In this document: in pieces, positions 26,318 through 37,460 of the stretch
Numbering within the stretch: position 1 is the first letter of the stretch
Layout: the number at the start of each line of letters is the position of its first letter
Assembly: GCA_004431415.1 (NCBI GenBank)
Contig: QPMI01000220.1
Location: forward strand, 124,001 to 188,000
Reading direction: 5' to 3'
Length of the DNA: 64,000 bases
DNA from: Cyanophora paradoxa CCMP329
Taxonomy: Eukaryota > Plantae > Glaucophyta
Notes under the pieces: generated by a model
Told to the model about the DNA's origin: nothing
Databases searched by the model: none
Seen by the model: the letters and a program-made list of their open reading frames with translations, nothing else
Translations under genes and position numbers: made by a program

Positions 26318-28781
26318 CTAGACGGAATCGAGGGAGAGGCTGGCCCCCCGGGGCCGGCCCTCCCCCTCGCCTCTCGGCGGCTCCCCCGAGGTCCGCCCGA
26401 CCGCCCCGGGCGGGCCGTTGGGCGCCGCCGGGGGCACGGGCGGCGTGGCCGAGATCGAGGGGCGCGAGCCGCTGCGCCGCGCGCGGCGGTGGGCGTGCGA
26501 GGGCGGCTGCGACCCCCGGCGGAAGCCTCGGACGCGATGGCGCCGGCGGCGCTGGAGGCGCCGGCGGAGGCGGAGGGGGCGGAGGGCCGGGGGCGCGCGC
26601 GAGGGCGGCGCCCTCGGAGCGGGAGCGGGCAGGGGGGCGCGCGGGGCGGGCGCGGCGGCGTCGTCCTCGTCGACGGCGTCGACGACGGCGGCGAGCATGG
26701 GGAGGGGCCGCATGGGGCGGGAGTGCGCGAGCGCGCCGGCCGCGATCTGGTGCGGCTCGGGGGTACCCGCGATGCCGAGCACGGCCCCCGAGATGGCGGC
26801 GCGCTCGTAGGGGCCCAGCACGAGCCCCGGCGGCTCCTCCTCGTCCCGCAGCACCGGGGGGAAGTACTCCAGCGGCGTCCGCTCCCCGCTTGGCGGCCCC
26901 TCCTCCGGCTCCGCGGGGGCCACCCGCGCCCCGTGCGGCGCGTCCACCTGCCGGGCCGGCCCGGCTGAGGAAGAGGGGCGGGGGCGGGGCGGGGGCGGGG
27001 CGGGGCGGGGCGGGGCGGGCCTTGGCCATGGCGACGTTGGGGACGAGCTTGCCGTGCTCGTCGAGGGTCGGCGGGTTCTGGACGACCACCATCGGCGTCG
27101 CCGCCGGCGCCTCCGCCCCCGCCCGCAGCGGCACCGCCGGCAGCGGCTCGCCCGCCCACGACCGCAGGTCCGGACCCCCCAGCTGCGTCTCCTCCAGGTG
27201 GCTCGGCCACCCCTGTCGCGCCTGCGCCCGGCGTGGACGCGCGCCCGGGGGTACGCGGCGCCCCGGCACGGGGGGTACGGACCAGCTCGCGGGCTTGCGC
27301 CTCCGCGTCGGCGCTCACGGCCGCCACGGGTACCGACGTAAGGAACGGGTTCCGCCTGCGGAAGCGGAAGGTCCACCTGCGGCCACCGGTTCGAATGCCG
27401 CCGGGACCCCTTTCCGAAGGGAGAAGGGCCGCGTACCCGAGGAAGGTGTACATGAGGAGGTCGAGGATCTCACGGAGGAGCATGTTGACCCACTGCATGT
27501 TCAGCAGCAGCGCCACCACCACTTGGAGCTGCGCGCCGGTGGGGGGAGGAGGGAGCTAAGCAAGGCGAGGCGGGGCGGAGGGAAAGGACAGGGAAGGAGG
27601 GACCATCATGTTGCAGAAGACGTAGGTGGTCATGATGGTCTGGAGTGCACGGAACATGCGGAACTTGCCGTACGCAGGCGTCGTCAGCGGGTCGATCTGG
27701 TGCTGCCGGATGAGCAGCAGCTGCGCCTGCGCCCCCGAGCCCCCGTTCGACCCCGGCAAGGACGGAGGGGGGGGAAGGAGGGGAGGAAAAGAAGGTACCT
27801 TGAGGGCGCGCAGGTTGACAGAGAGGTTCGAGAAGATGGAGCCGAGGAGGACTGCGGGGACAGGGGAAAGGCGCCGTCAGCGCCGACAGAGGGCGCGGGA
27901 AAGGAGCCGAAAGGAAGCCCGCACTGAAATAAACCACAATAAGACCGAACTGAGGGGTGGGGGCACGTCAGGGCGGCGGGGAGGGTGCCGGCGGGGCGGG
28001 GGCGGCGCAGCGCACAGCGAAGAGCTGGTTAAGGACGTAGTAGGCAAGGAGCGACAATCCGAGGAGAAGGACGATGATCTTTATGTGCCTGTGCTCCTCC
28101 ATCGCCAGGTTCGCGCGCGTCACGCACCACCTGCGTGGGGCGCTTGCGCGTGGGCGGCGAAGCGGCCGCGGGGACGGGCGGCAGACCCTTTGCTGATGAG
28201 GAGGAGGACCGTAAACTGGGAGCATTCGTAAAGGACCCACACGGTGACGTAGAGCCCGAAGAGGGGCAGCTCGCACTCGCCGGAGCCTGCGCGGCAGCCA
28301 CCGGTCGCGCCTGCGCGGTGCGGGCCGGCTGAGATGCATTCGCAGCGCACCGGAGCCGATGCAGGAGCGGAAGAAGGTAACCGTGACCGCCCCCAGCACC
28401 GTTTTCATCGCAGGAACGACCGTCATTGCGCGTTGGAGCACAACGTTGTGCCGCCTCCTGAACCGGTACCAGGAGAAGATCCAGAGCAGCGCATAAAGGA
28501 TCCAAACACCAACAACTGCACGCGGCGAGGGGCAGCGGTCACCCGCGAGGAAAAGGCATGGGGCTCGAGCTCCGACGGCCAAGGGATCATATGCTGGGGT
28601 TGAGCAGCGGGCCGCACCTGCGCCGTAGAGCGCCGGAACCGGGGCGTAGTAAGGGAGCTCATCGGGGTTGAGAGCTGCGTGGCGGGCGGGCGTCAGGGGC
28701 AGCGCGTGCCGCAGACGGCTGCGCGGCGGGGCGGGGATGCTGACAGATCCTGTTGTTTCCTTTCGTCGTTGCGGCCGACAT
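26318..28781 (-). CDS. GOST-family seven-transmembrane protein (GPR107/GPR108/TMEM87/GPR180-like) with long Pro-rich C-terminal tail
   Basis: Motifs LNPDELPYY..VPALY, TVLLLISKG|WCVTR, KFRMFRALQ and WTFRFRRRNPF, plus seven hydrophobic segments. The start at 28781 (MSAATTKG) is tentative. Confidence 0.72.
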
Positions 28782-29328
28782 TCTCGATCCTCCAAGGCCC
28801 CCTTAAGGGAGCTAAGCCTCGAACCCAACAACGGAGCTATACCATAATCGCCGTGCTCAGAAGAACCAGAGCCAGCGGCGCAGATCGCTTTGGCTGCGCG
28901 TTGATCGCACTAGCTGAGAGATGCGGTGCTCTTCACATGCGCGTACCCCCCGAACAAGCTGAGCCTCAGCCCTGCTGAGGCTGCTGAGCCTGCCGAGGCT
29001 GAGCCTGCTAGGATCGTGATAGGCTTCCGAAGTTTGACTCGGCAAATTCGCGACGGCAATGTTGGAAGCGGCCGTGGCCTTCGAATTCGGGGGAGCGGCC
29101 GCGGCCGCGGCCGTGGCACTCGACCGAAGGTTGACTCAAGCGGCCGTGGCAGGTGCATTGCCGCCCTGCCCGGGCCAATTCGTCATGCTCCCATACTGAC
29201 CTAGTTGGTCGCGCAGGCCTAGCTATAGGGGGCAATCGATATCGCGAGGCCTAGGGGCCCCGGGGGGCGCGCCGAGGCCGTCCCCCCGCGGAGGCGGCCG
29301 GCGTCCCCTGCGAACCTTTCAGAAGACG

Positions 29329-30600
29329 ATGCAGAGCCTCGAAATGCTAAAAAGCCGGCCGGAGCGTCAAGCGCACCAGCAGTCCCGCAGCCCGCGCGCA
29401 GCAGCAGTACTAGTACTAGTACTAGTCGACGTCCCGGCGCCCGCAGCAGCAGTCCCGGCGTACATAATCGATTTTTCAGAACCCGATGCAGAGCCTCCAT
29501 TAATATTTGCTGAGCCAGCCCGCAGTCGGCCTTCGAAAAAGCCGGCCGGGGCGTCAAGCTCAATTAATATTGCAAGCGCACCCGCAGCAGCCGCGTCGTC
29601 AAGCGCAGCGCCACCAGCCTCGCGCGCACAGGACTTGAGTGACGGTATGTTTGTTTCAAGGGGATCGGTTCCGATGCAAGCGGCGCCGGCAGCCGCCTCG
29701 TCGGCGCCGGCCTCGTCGTCGAGCACGCCGCCTGCTGCAGCTGCAGCGCCATTGGCCATGGGTGCGCCAGCGGCAGCTCTTCACCTCGCAGCCGACCAGG
29801 CCTGTTCCACCGCCGGCCCCGGCGGGGGCCGCTGCGGCATCGTCGGCTGCTGAAGGACGCTTTTCGCGGATACGGGCCCGCCACGACCACGGTCTCAGGG
29901 GGTCTTGCGGCGGGGGTCCCGCCCCGCACGCTCTGTCGCTGGACGCGTCCCTCTCGACGCTGGACCGGCTGAGGGCCGACCTGGCAGCCCTGAACGAGCA
30001 GCAGCGCGGCGCATCGCATGCGCAGGCCGCCCAGGCTGATCATGACGTGCGCGCCTTGTTGCACTCCGGATCCCGCTGCCGTGGACTGTTGCAATTGATC
30101 ATGAGCTGACGATGCCGGCAGCGGGAGCGGGCGGCGGCGGCGGGGCAGCGCGCGTCGGAGCTGGAGGCGGCGCTGCAGGTGGAGCGGGCGGCGCTGCGGG
30201 AGGCCCGCGAGCAGCTGGGGAGGGCGCGCGAGGAGGGGCGGCGGGCCGAGGCGCAGGCGCAGCAGGAGCGCGCGGCGCGGGAGGCGGCCGAGGGGAGGCT
30301 GCCGGAGGTGGTCGCGAGGCTGCCCGAGGCGTGGCGAGGCTGCTCCAGCTCCAGCTCCAGCAGCGGCTCCTGGCCACGCTCGGCGTCGTCTCGGCGGCCC
30401 AGGCGGATCGGAGGCGCGGCGGCGGGAGCGGGAGGAGCGGGAGTGCACGGTGTGCCTGGAGCGGCCGCGGTCGGTGGTGTTCATGCCGTGCCGGCACAAG
30501 GCGGTGTGCGACGGGTGCTTCGGGGGCCTGCGGGAGTGCCCCGTCTGCGGCGCGATGTCGACTGCGGACGTCGACCCCGGGCTCAGAGCCCCCCCCCCCC
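29329..30600 (+). pseudogene. Decayed coiled-coil + C3HC4 RING-finger (IAP/BOI-type) E3 ligase gene
   Basis: ECTVCLERPRSVVFMPCRHKAVCDGCFGGLRECPVCG at ~30441-30551. The upstream coiled-coil coding switches frame several times without clear introns, and there are stops and short AT-rich insertions. Confidence 0.65.
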
Positions 30601-31935
30601 CCCCCCCCCCAAAAAAAGCACCCGGCTCCACCCGGTTATAACTAGTACTGGTTGCACCGCAGCACCGCCCCTAGCACCAGCGCTAGCTGCGTGCAGGCTC
30701 CTCCGCTCGACTCCGATTCGCTCAACTCGGCAACCGCGATTTTTAAACAGCCGCTTAGTACTAGTTGCAGCCCACCGTACCGCCGTAAAGAATTCGAAGG
30801 TGATATCGATCGGAGCGGCGTGCGCACGTGCGATTAAATATTGCCGCACTGCATGCCCGGCCCGGGCCCGCGCCAATGGTCGTGCCCGCGTGGAAGCGGC
30901 GTGCGCTTTCGTTTATCACTGCGGAGAACCACGGGCCATACATATATATATATATATATACGTATACAGCCAACGCGATCCTGATCTGGAGTGCTCTCTA
31001 CGACGCGTACGCGTCGTAGGCCTCGGCGTCGGCGAAGGCGGCGGCGTCGGCAGCGAGCCCCAGGCCCGGCTCCAAGACTTCGAGGTACCGGTCCTCGTCG
31101 GCAGCTGCAGCAAGCCCCGCCTCCAAGACGTCGTCCTCGCCGTCAGACGCGATGGGTGCGTCATATGGCACAAACTCCGGATCCAGCGCCCCTGCGGCGA
31201 TTTAGCAACGGCGCCGTCGTACGTTTATATTTATACGCGAAGCGGGCTGACATTTATTTAATTTGTAGTGCGGCGTCCTTTTAAAACCGTCCACGAACTG
31301 CCGCTTGCAGAATAAGACCGATCGCAAATGCGACGCAATAGCAACTAGCTATACATCCGCCGCAGCTGCTCGCGATCGGCGTCTGTCGGCGTCTGTCTGA
31401 CGCACTTTAAACCTGGGCGAATTCCAGAGTAGTGGGCTGGTGACTCTAATCCTCCAATTCGGATGATCCTCCTTCCTGACGTCAAATTGACCGAGCACTG
31501 CGCAGATTCCGAGTTCATGATCATGATGATCAGAGCGCGGTCCGCAGCAAGGGCGGCGCCGGCGACGCTTTTAAAGGCTTACGCGTATCCCAGTTCGTTT
31601 CGATGTAATCGTCGATCATATACTGCGAATGCGGTCATCCGCGTCCGCGTTTGTAATGTGCGGCCGAGCATTCGCAAGCACCTTCCTCACGCCCTCGCCG
31701 TAGTCGAAATTCTTGATCGCATCCATGATCGCATGGATCCAATGATCTTTTCCGAAGGCAAAGATCGGCTGTGACATCGCGAGGCCGGTGCCTATTAGAA
31801 TTCTGCAGTTACTCGAGCTCTGCGAACTGTCGCAAACGTGTACGCGCTATACGTATTGCTTCAGCGGTTAGCGCTACGTATACGAGCTAGCTAGCAGCTT
31901 GCAGGCTAGCGCCTAGTAGCCTAGTAGTAGCTGCT

Positions 31936-32516
31936 TGCGTTTCGCCCCTCCTCTTATACTGCCGATTCCGAGTCTGCACCCGAGCTCTGCCCCTTTCCTC
32001 GTGTCGTCCCCAGTTCCTCAGATTAGTCTTCAGCCGTCCATTGTTTTACCAACTCTACAATCTCGATTCCGTTTAGACACTCCGCCAGCTTCGACTTTCC
32101 CCTCTAGTGGTGTCCTACGTTTCGCCTCTCCTACTGTTCTACCGCCTTTGCCTCCTGCGACTACGTCTTCTAGTTCTGCTGTTAGCTCTGTCTTGTCGTC
32201 TTCGTCTAGATCTTCGTCTTCGACTGTAGTTCCTCGTGCTCGTTCTCCTTATTTGCTGCGTCCCCGTGCTCCTCGTCGTTCTAGTGTGACTAGTACTTCT
32301 GCATCGACGCCCTTGAGCTCTTCTACTCCTTCTCTTCGTGCTCGTTCTCCTTATCTTTTGCGTTCTTCTGATCGTGTCCCTTCTCGTGATCCCTCTTGAT
32401 TCTGTATATATTTTGTGCTAGTTTACTGTATCTTTGATTTGTGATTGCTTTGTTGTCTTTAATATCACTACCTACGGGGGGTTCGCCCCACCGTAGTCTC
32501 TCAAAAAAAAAAAAAA
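31936..32516 (+). mobile_element. 5'-truncated non-LTR retrotransposon copy 1 (3' end, ~580 bp)
   Basis: Ends in A14 (32503-32516). 14-bp target-site duplication TAGTAGTAGCTGCT at 31922-31935 and 32517-32530. ORF is open to TGA at 32399. Hairpin at 32472-32496. Near-identical to copy 2. Confidence 0.88.
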
Positions 32517-33699
32517 TAGTAGTAGCTGCTAATTTAATTTTGAAGTCGACTCTCACTGTTGCTAGGGATCTAGGAGCGCATTCTGGTCCAAAATTAATAC
32601 AGCAATTGGGTTGGGAATTATGTGTTGTGTGATGGCGCAGCGAGGGGGGCAGCGGGCTAGGCGACAGATAGCAGTAATGGAGGTTGCATGCTACTGAACA
32701 CGATACATTAGGCGGCGTCTAGCCCCGTCACCATCGGTTTTCGACCACTGCGGGCGCGGGATTCGCGGCGCGGGATCGGCAAGACAGCTACACGAGTGCT
32801 AGGGAATCGGCGCGCATAGGTCCTTTTTGCTAGCGGATCCCCGCTGCGCGCCCGCGCGCCAAGGTCCCGCGCGCCCGCTTGCGGAGGGGGGGGACAGCGA
32901 TTCCGTCATGCAGTCCGCGCTGCTAGCGCTCTGGTCGCGTTATGCATGCGCGGTACAGCGCAACGATTGCGTTGTGTACCGCTTCGGGTCCTCCGCGCTG
33001 CCGCCGCCGCGCCAGCGCCGGTTTTGGGCTGCCCAAAACCGGGGGGACAGCGTTACGAGGCACCAGCTCCAGCCACACATCGCCCGGTGTGCGAAACGCT
33101 CGAGCGCGTCGCACTCCCCAGGCGCCGCCGCTGTATCTGGCGCCTCCATCTGGCCCCGCTCGCCGCCGCAGTACACGCCGCACATCGCGGCACATGTACA
33201 GCTACTGCTATAGGTCCGTGGCTCACTTTGCATCGTGCTCGGTTCGCTCACCGCGGGCGATCCGGCGCGGCGCATCTGGCGGTTCGTCGCCCTCGCGCCG
33301 CCGCCGCATGTCAATGCGATCCCGTGCGCGCTCCATCACGAGCCGAAAAGCCGGCGCTGAGGTCTGCACACGCCCGCGCCGCCCCCTGCGCCGAGCGCCG
33401 ACCGCGGCCTGCCCGCGCTCATTTGCGCAGGGCGATCTCCGTTACCGCGCGTGCTCTGGGGGCACCTCGCCGTCGACGCATGGGACTCAATGGCTGCTGG
33501 CGTCTTGCGCAGTCAGAGCCAGGATCGCCGACGAGCTGCAGCATGCCGCCCCCATGCCCTGCGCGCGCGCGCTTCGCCACAACCACGTATCCGCGGTGCG
33601 CGGGCCAGCCGCCTTTGCCCGCTCTTTGATATTCAATCGGAGGGTCTTTTTGAGCGTGGCGTCAGCCACGCTGGACGCCGCTCGCGCAGGGATCCCGCC

Positions 33700-34830
33700 C
33701 CCCGCCGCCCCGCCAACCACGTACCCCGGTACGAGGCCCGGCCCGCGCCCCCGGCCCTGGCTCTGCCGGGCGGGCCTTAGTGCCGCGCCCGGTGGGCCGC
33801 CGAATCGCTTGGGAGACGGCGCTGAACGCTGCTCCCGCAGGGCCCCCGCCCCACACCCCGGCTCTCCGTCGCCCCGCCAACCACGTACCCCGGTACGAGG
33901 CCCGGCCCGCGCCCCCGGCCCTGGCTCTGCCGGGCGGGGCTCTAGTGCCGCGCCCGGAGGGCCGCCGAATCGCTTGGGAGGCGGCGCTGAACGCTGCTCC
34001 CGCAGGGACCCCGCCCCCCGCCTCCCCGCCCCCCCGCCAACCACGTACCCCGGTACGAGGCCCGGCCCGCGCCCCCGGCCCTGGTTCTGCCTGGCGGGGT
34101 CCTAGAACCGCGCCCAGACGGCCGCCGAATCGCTTGGGAGACGGCGCTGAACGCTGCTTCCGCAGGGCCCCCGCCCCCCGCCTCCCCGCCCCCCCGCCAA
34201 CCACGTACCCCGGTGCGAGGCCCGGCCCGCGCCCCCGGCCCTGGCTCTGCCAGGCGGGGCCCTAGTACCGCGCCCAGACGGCCGCCAAATCGATTTGGAG
34301 GCGGCGCTGAACGCTGCTCCCGTAGGGCCCCCGCCCCACACCCCGGCTCTCCGTCGCCCCGCCAACCACGTACCCCGGTACGAGGCCCGGCCCGCGCCCC
34401 CGGCCCTGGCGATGCCTGGAGGGGCCCTAATATCGCGCCCGTAGGGCTGCCGAATCGCTTGGGAGGCGGCGCTGAACGCTGCTCCCGCAGGGCCCCCGCC
34501 CCCCGCCCCCGCCCCCCCGCCAACCACGTACCCCGGTACGAGGCCCGGCCCGCGCCCCCGGCCCTGGCTCTGCCGGGCGGGGCCTTAGTGCCGCGCCCGG
34601 TGGGCCGCCGAATCGCTTGGGAGGCGGCGCTGAACGCTGCTCCCGCAGGGCCCCCGCCCCACACCCCGGCTCTCCGTCGCCCCGCCAACCACGTACCCCG
34701 GTACGAGGCCCGGCCCCCGCCCCCGGCCCTGGCGCTGCCTGGCGGGGCCCTAGTAACGCGCCCGGAGGGCTGCCGAATCGCTTGGGAGGCGGCGCTGAAC
34801 GCGGTTTCCGCAGGGACCCCGCCCCCCGCC
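33700..34830 (+). repeat. ~160-165-bp GC-rich minisatellite, 7 units, inside the left foldback arm
   Basis: CCAACCACGTACCCCGG recurs at about 33713, 33877, 34037, 34197, 34362, 34520 and 34685. Confidence 0.92.
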
Positions 34831-35569
34831 CTGGTTTGGGCGCCCCCAAAACCGGGACTGACGCTGCACGTGTGCGTGTGAGAACATAAATTGTAGTGGT
34901 CCGACGGTCGCGCTAGCACTACGGTCGGTAAATTGAATCTCGCCGAGTCGAGCTCGCCGTCGAAGTAACCAATATCGATGATCCAGGGCCCGCACGTCTT
35001 AAATGTCAGTAGGGCCTGGCATGCGCGGGCCCCGGGGCTGTCGACTCGCCGAGTCGGCGAGTTAATAATTCCTAGGTACACGCCGTGACGTGATCTTCAC
35101 GCGAGTCATGATCATGATCATGATCAGTGAAAGAGCTGCCAGGCTGTACAGCCATGGCCAGCGCCTGTACAGCTGTACGTACACTGCTGCCCAGCTCATG
35201 ATCAGCGGCTGATCATGATCATGACAGCTCATGATTAGCTGTACATGTTTTCAGATTTTCAAGCCTGATATCGATCATGAAGCTCACTTCAAGGCTTCAG
35301 CTGTTTCGAATTCAAGTTTTACATCATGATCAAGAACACGCGTACGTGCACTGCGGCACTAGCTATAGCTATAGTTCTCAGAGTCTGACCATTCAATGAT
35401 TCAAGTGATTAATATATTGATCCGATGATGGATATCCCGGAGAGTCCGATTCAATGATTATAATCCGATGATCATGATCATGATGAAATTATTCAATGAT
35501 ATATAATTAATACAATATCATGCATGCGCTATTTGGGTATTTCCCGGCATTGCAATTGCTTAAAATCGC

Positions 35570-35810
35570 CGCGGTATTTTGCGGCATCTCGCGCCAATCG
35601 AATGATTCGCGGCTCTTCGCGGCATCTCGCGGCAACTCGCGGCATTCCGCGGCATCCCGCGGCATCCCGCGGCATCCCGCGGCATCCGCGGCATCCCGCG
35701 GCATCCCGCGGCAACTTGCGGTTTCCGCGAGAAATCGCGGCAATCCAATTATCCGCGATTTATCGCGGCAACTCGCGGCAACTCAGAACTCGCGGCAAGT
35801 TGCGGCAATC
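35570..35810. repeat. 10-bp minisatellite (CGCGGCATCC / CGCGGCAACT) in the foldback spacer
   Basis: Direct tandem copies at 35618-35716 with scattered copies on both sides. Confidence 0.85.
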
Positions 35811-36409
35811 ATTGAATAGGCGGCATTGAGGGATCAACGGCAGGCGTTTCATGTTCACTGAGTGAGTGATCATGATCCTGATCATGATCATGAGTAAATG
35901 ATCATGATACAAAAAATCAGCCGCCGGGCCGCTGAGCGCAGCGTTGAAGCGTTGAAGTTTGAAGCTTTAAAGCTTATTTATCACGCACTGCGGCAGTTCA
36001 AGATCAATCAATCATTGAATATTACAAGATATCGATAATCAGATGATGATCAAGATCTAAAGCCCGCGCCGAACCCCATGGCCAGGCCTAGGCCCGGCCG
36101 CGGGCCCTTAAGCTTGCAAGTATGTCGACATCCGACAAGTAAGCTTGCACTCATCCTTGCAATACATAGCCATCCTTGCAAGTATCATAGTATGTCAACA
36201 TACTAGGTCGAGAGCTTGGTACAAATTAAAACCTCAATAAACATGTCGCAGTGCCACGCTTCCTGTCGCAGTTCTCGACTAATGGCTATGAAAGGCCGCT
36301 GCAGGCCGCTGCCACGCAGTGCCACGATGGCTATGAAAGGCCGCTGCATGCGCTCCGCGCGCCCGTCACAGCGTCAGCCCCCGGTTTTGGGGGCGCCCAA
36401 ACCAGGGCG

Positions 36410-37460
36410 GGGGCGGGGTCCCTGCGGAAACCGCGTTCAGCGCCGCCTCCCAAGCGATTCGGCAGCCCTCCAGGGGCCGTGGTTGGCGGGGGGCGGGGAG
36501 GCGGGGGCGGGGCCCTGCGGAAGCAGCGTTAGCGCCGTCTCCCAAGCGATTTGGCGGCCGTCTGGGCGCGATACTAGGGCCTCGCCCGGCAGAGCCAGGG
36601 CCGGGGGCGCGGGCCGGGCCTCGTACCGGGGTACGTGGTTGGCGGGGGGGCGGGGGGCGGGGGGCGGGGGCCCTGCGGGAGCAGCGTTCAGCGCCGCCTC
36701 CCAAGCGATTCGGCAGCCCTACGGGCGCGATATTAGGGCCCCTCCAGGCATCGCCAGGGCCGGGGGCGCGGGCCGGGCCTCGTACCGGGGTACGTGGTTG
36801 GCGGGGCGACGGAGAGCCGGGGTGTGGGGCGGGGGCCCTACGGGAGCAGCGTTCAGCGCCGCCTCCAAATCGATTTGGCGGCCGTCTGGGCGCGGTACTA
36901 GGGCCCCGCCTGGCAGAGCCAGGGCCGGGGGCGCGGGCCGGGCCTCGCACCGGGGTACGTGGTTGGCGGGGGGCGGGAGGCGGGGGCGGGGGCCCTGCGG
37001 AAGCAGCGTTCAGCGCCGTCTCCCAAGCGATTCGGCGGCCGTCTGGGCGCGGTTCTAGGACCCCGCCAGGCAGAACCAGGGCCGGGGGCGCGGGCCGGGC
37101 CTCGTACCGGGGTACGTGGTTGGCGGGGGGGCGGGGAGGCGGGGGGCGGGTCCCTGCGGGAGCAGCGTTCAGCGCCGCCTCCCAAGCGATTCGGCGGCCC
37201 TCCGGGCGCGGCACTAGAGCCCCGCCCGGCAGAGCCAGGGCCGGGGCGCGGGCCGGGCCTCGTACCGGGGTACGTGGTTGGCGGGGCGACGGAGAGCCGG
37301 GGTGTGGGGCGGGGCCCTGCGGAGCAGCGTTCAGCGCCGCCTCCCAAGCGATTCGGCGCCCACCGGGCGCGGCACTAAGGCCCCGCCCGGCAGAGCCAGG
37401 GCCGGGGCGCGGGCCGGGCCTCGTACCGGGGTACGTGGTTGGCGGGGCGGCGGGGGCGGG
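36410..37460 (-). repeat. Inverted copy of the ~160-bp minisatellite in the right arm (6 units plus one internally deleted unit)
   Basis: GGTACGTGGTTGG at about 36630, 36789, 36954, 37111, 37269 and 37430, with a partial copy at ~36478. Confidence 0.9.

Noticed and set aside
30980-31800. Possible coding fragments on the minus strand
   Set aside because: Short, stop-interrupted and without recognisable motifs; probably decayed TE or gene remnants that I cannot assign.
33700-34830. Regularly spaced repeats as a CRISPR-like array
   Set aside because: Whole 160-bp units are homologous with no unique spacers, no cas-like genes are present, and the context is eukaryotic.
34866-35090. Protein-like stretch in the foldback spacer (..CGPWIIDIGYFDGELDS..)
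   Set aside because: Only ~70 codons, no ATG, no recognisable family.
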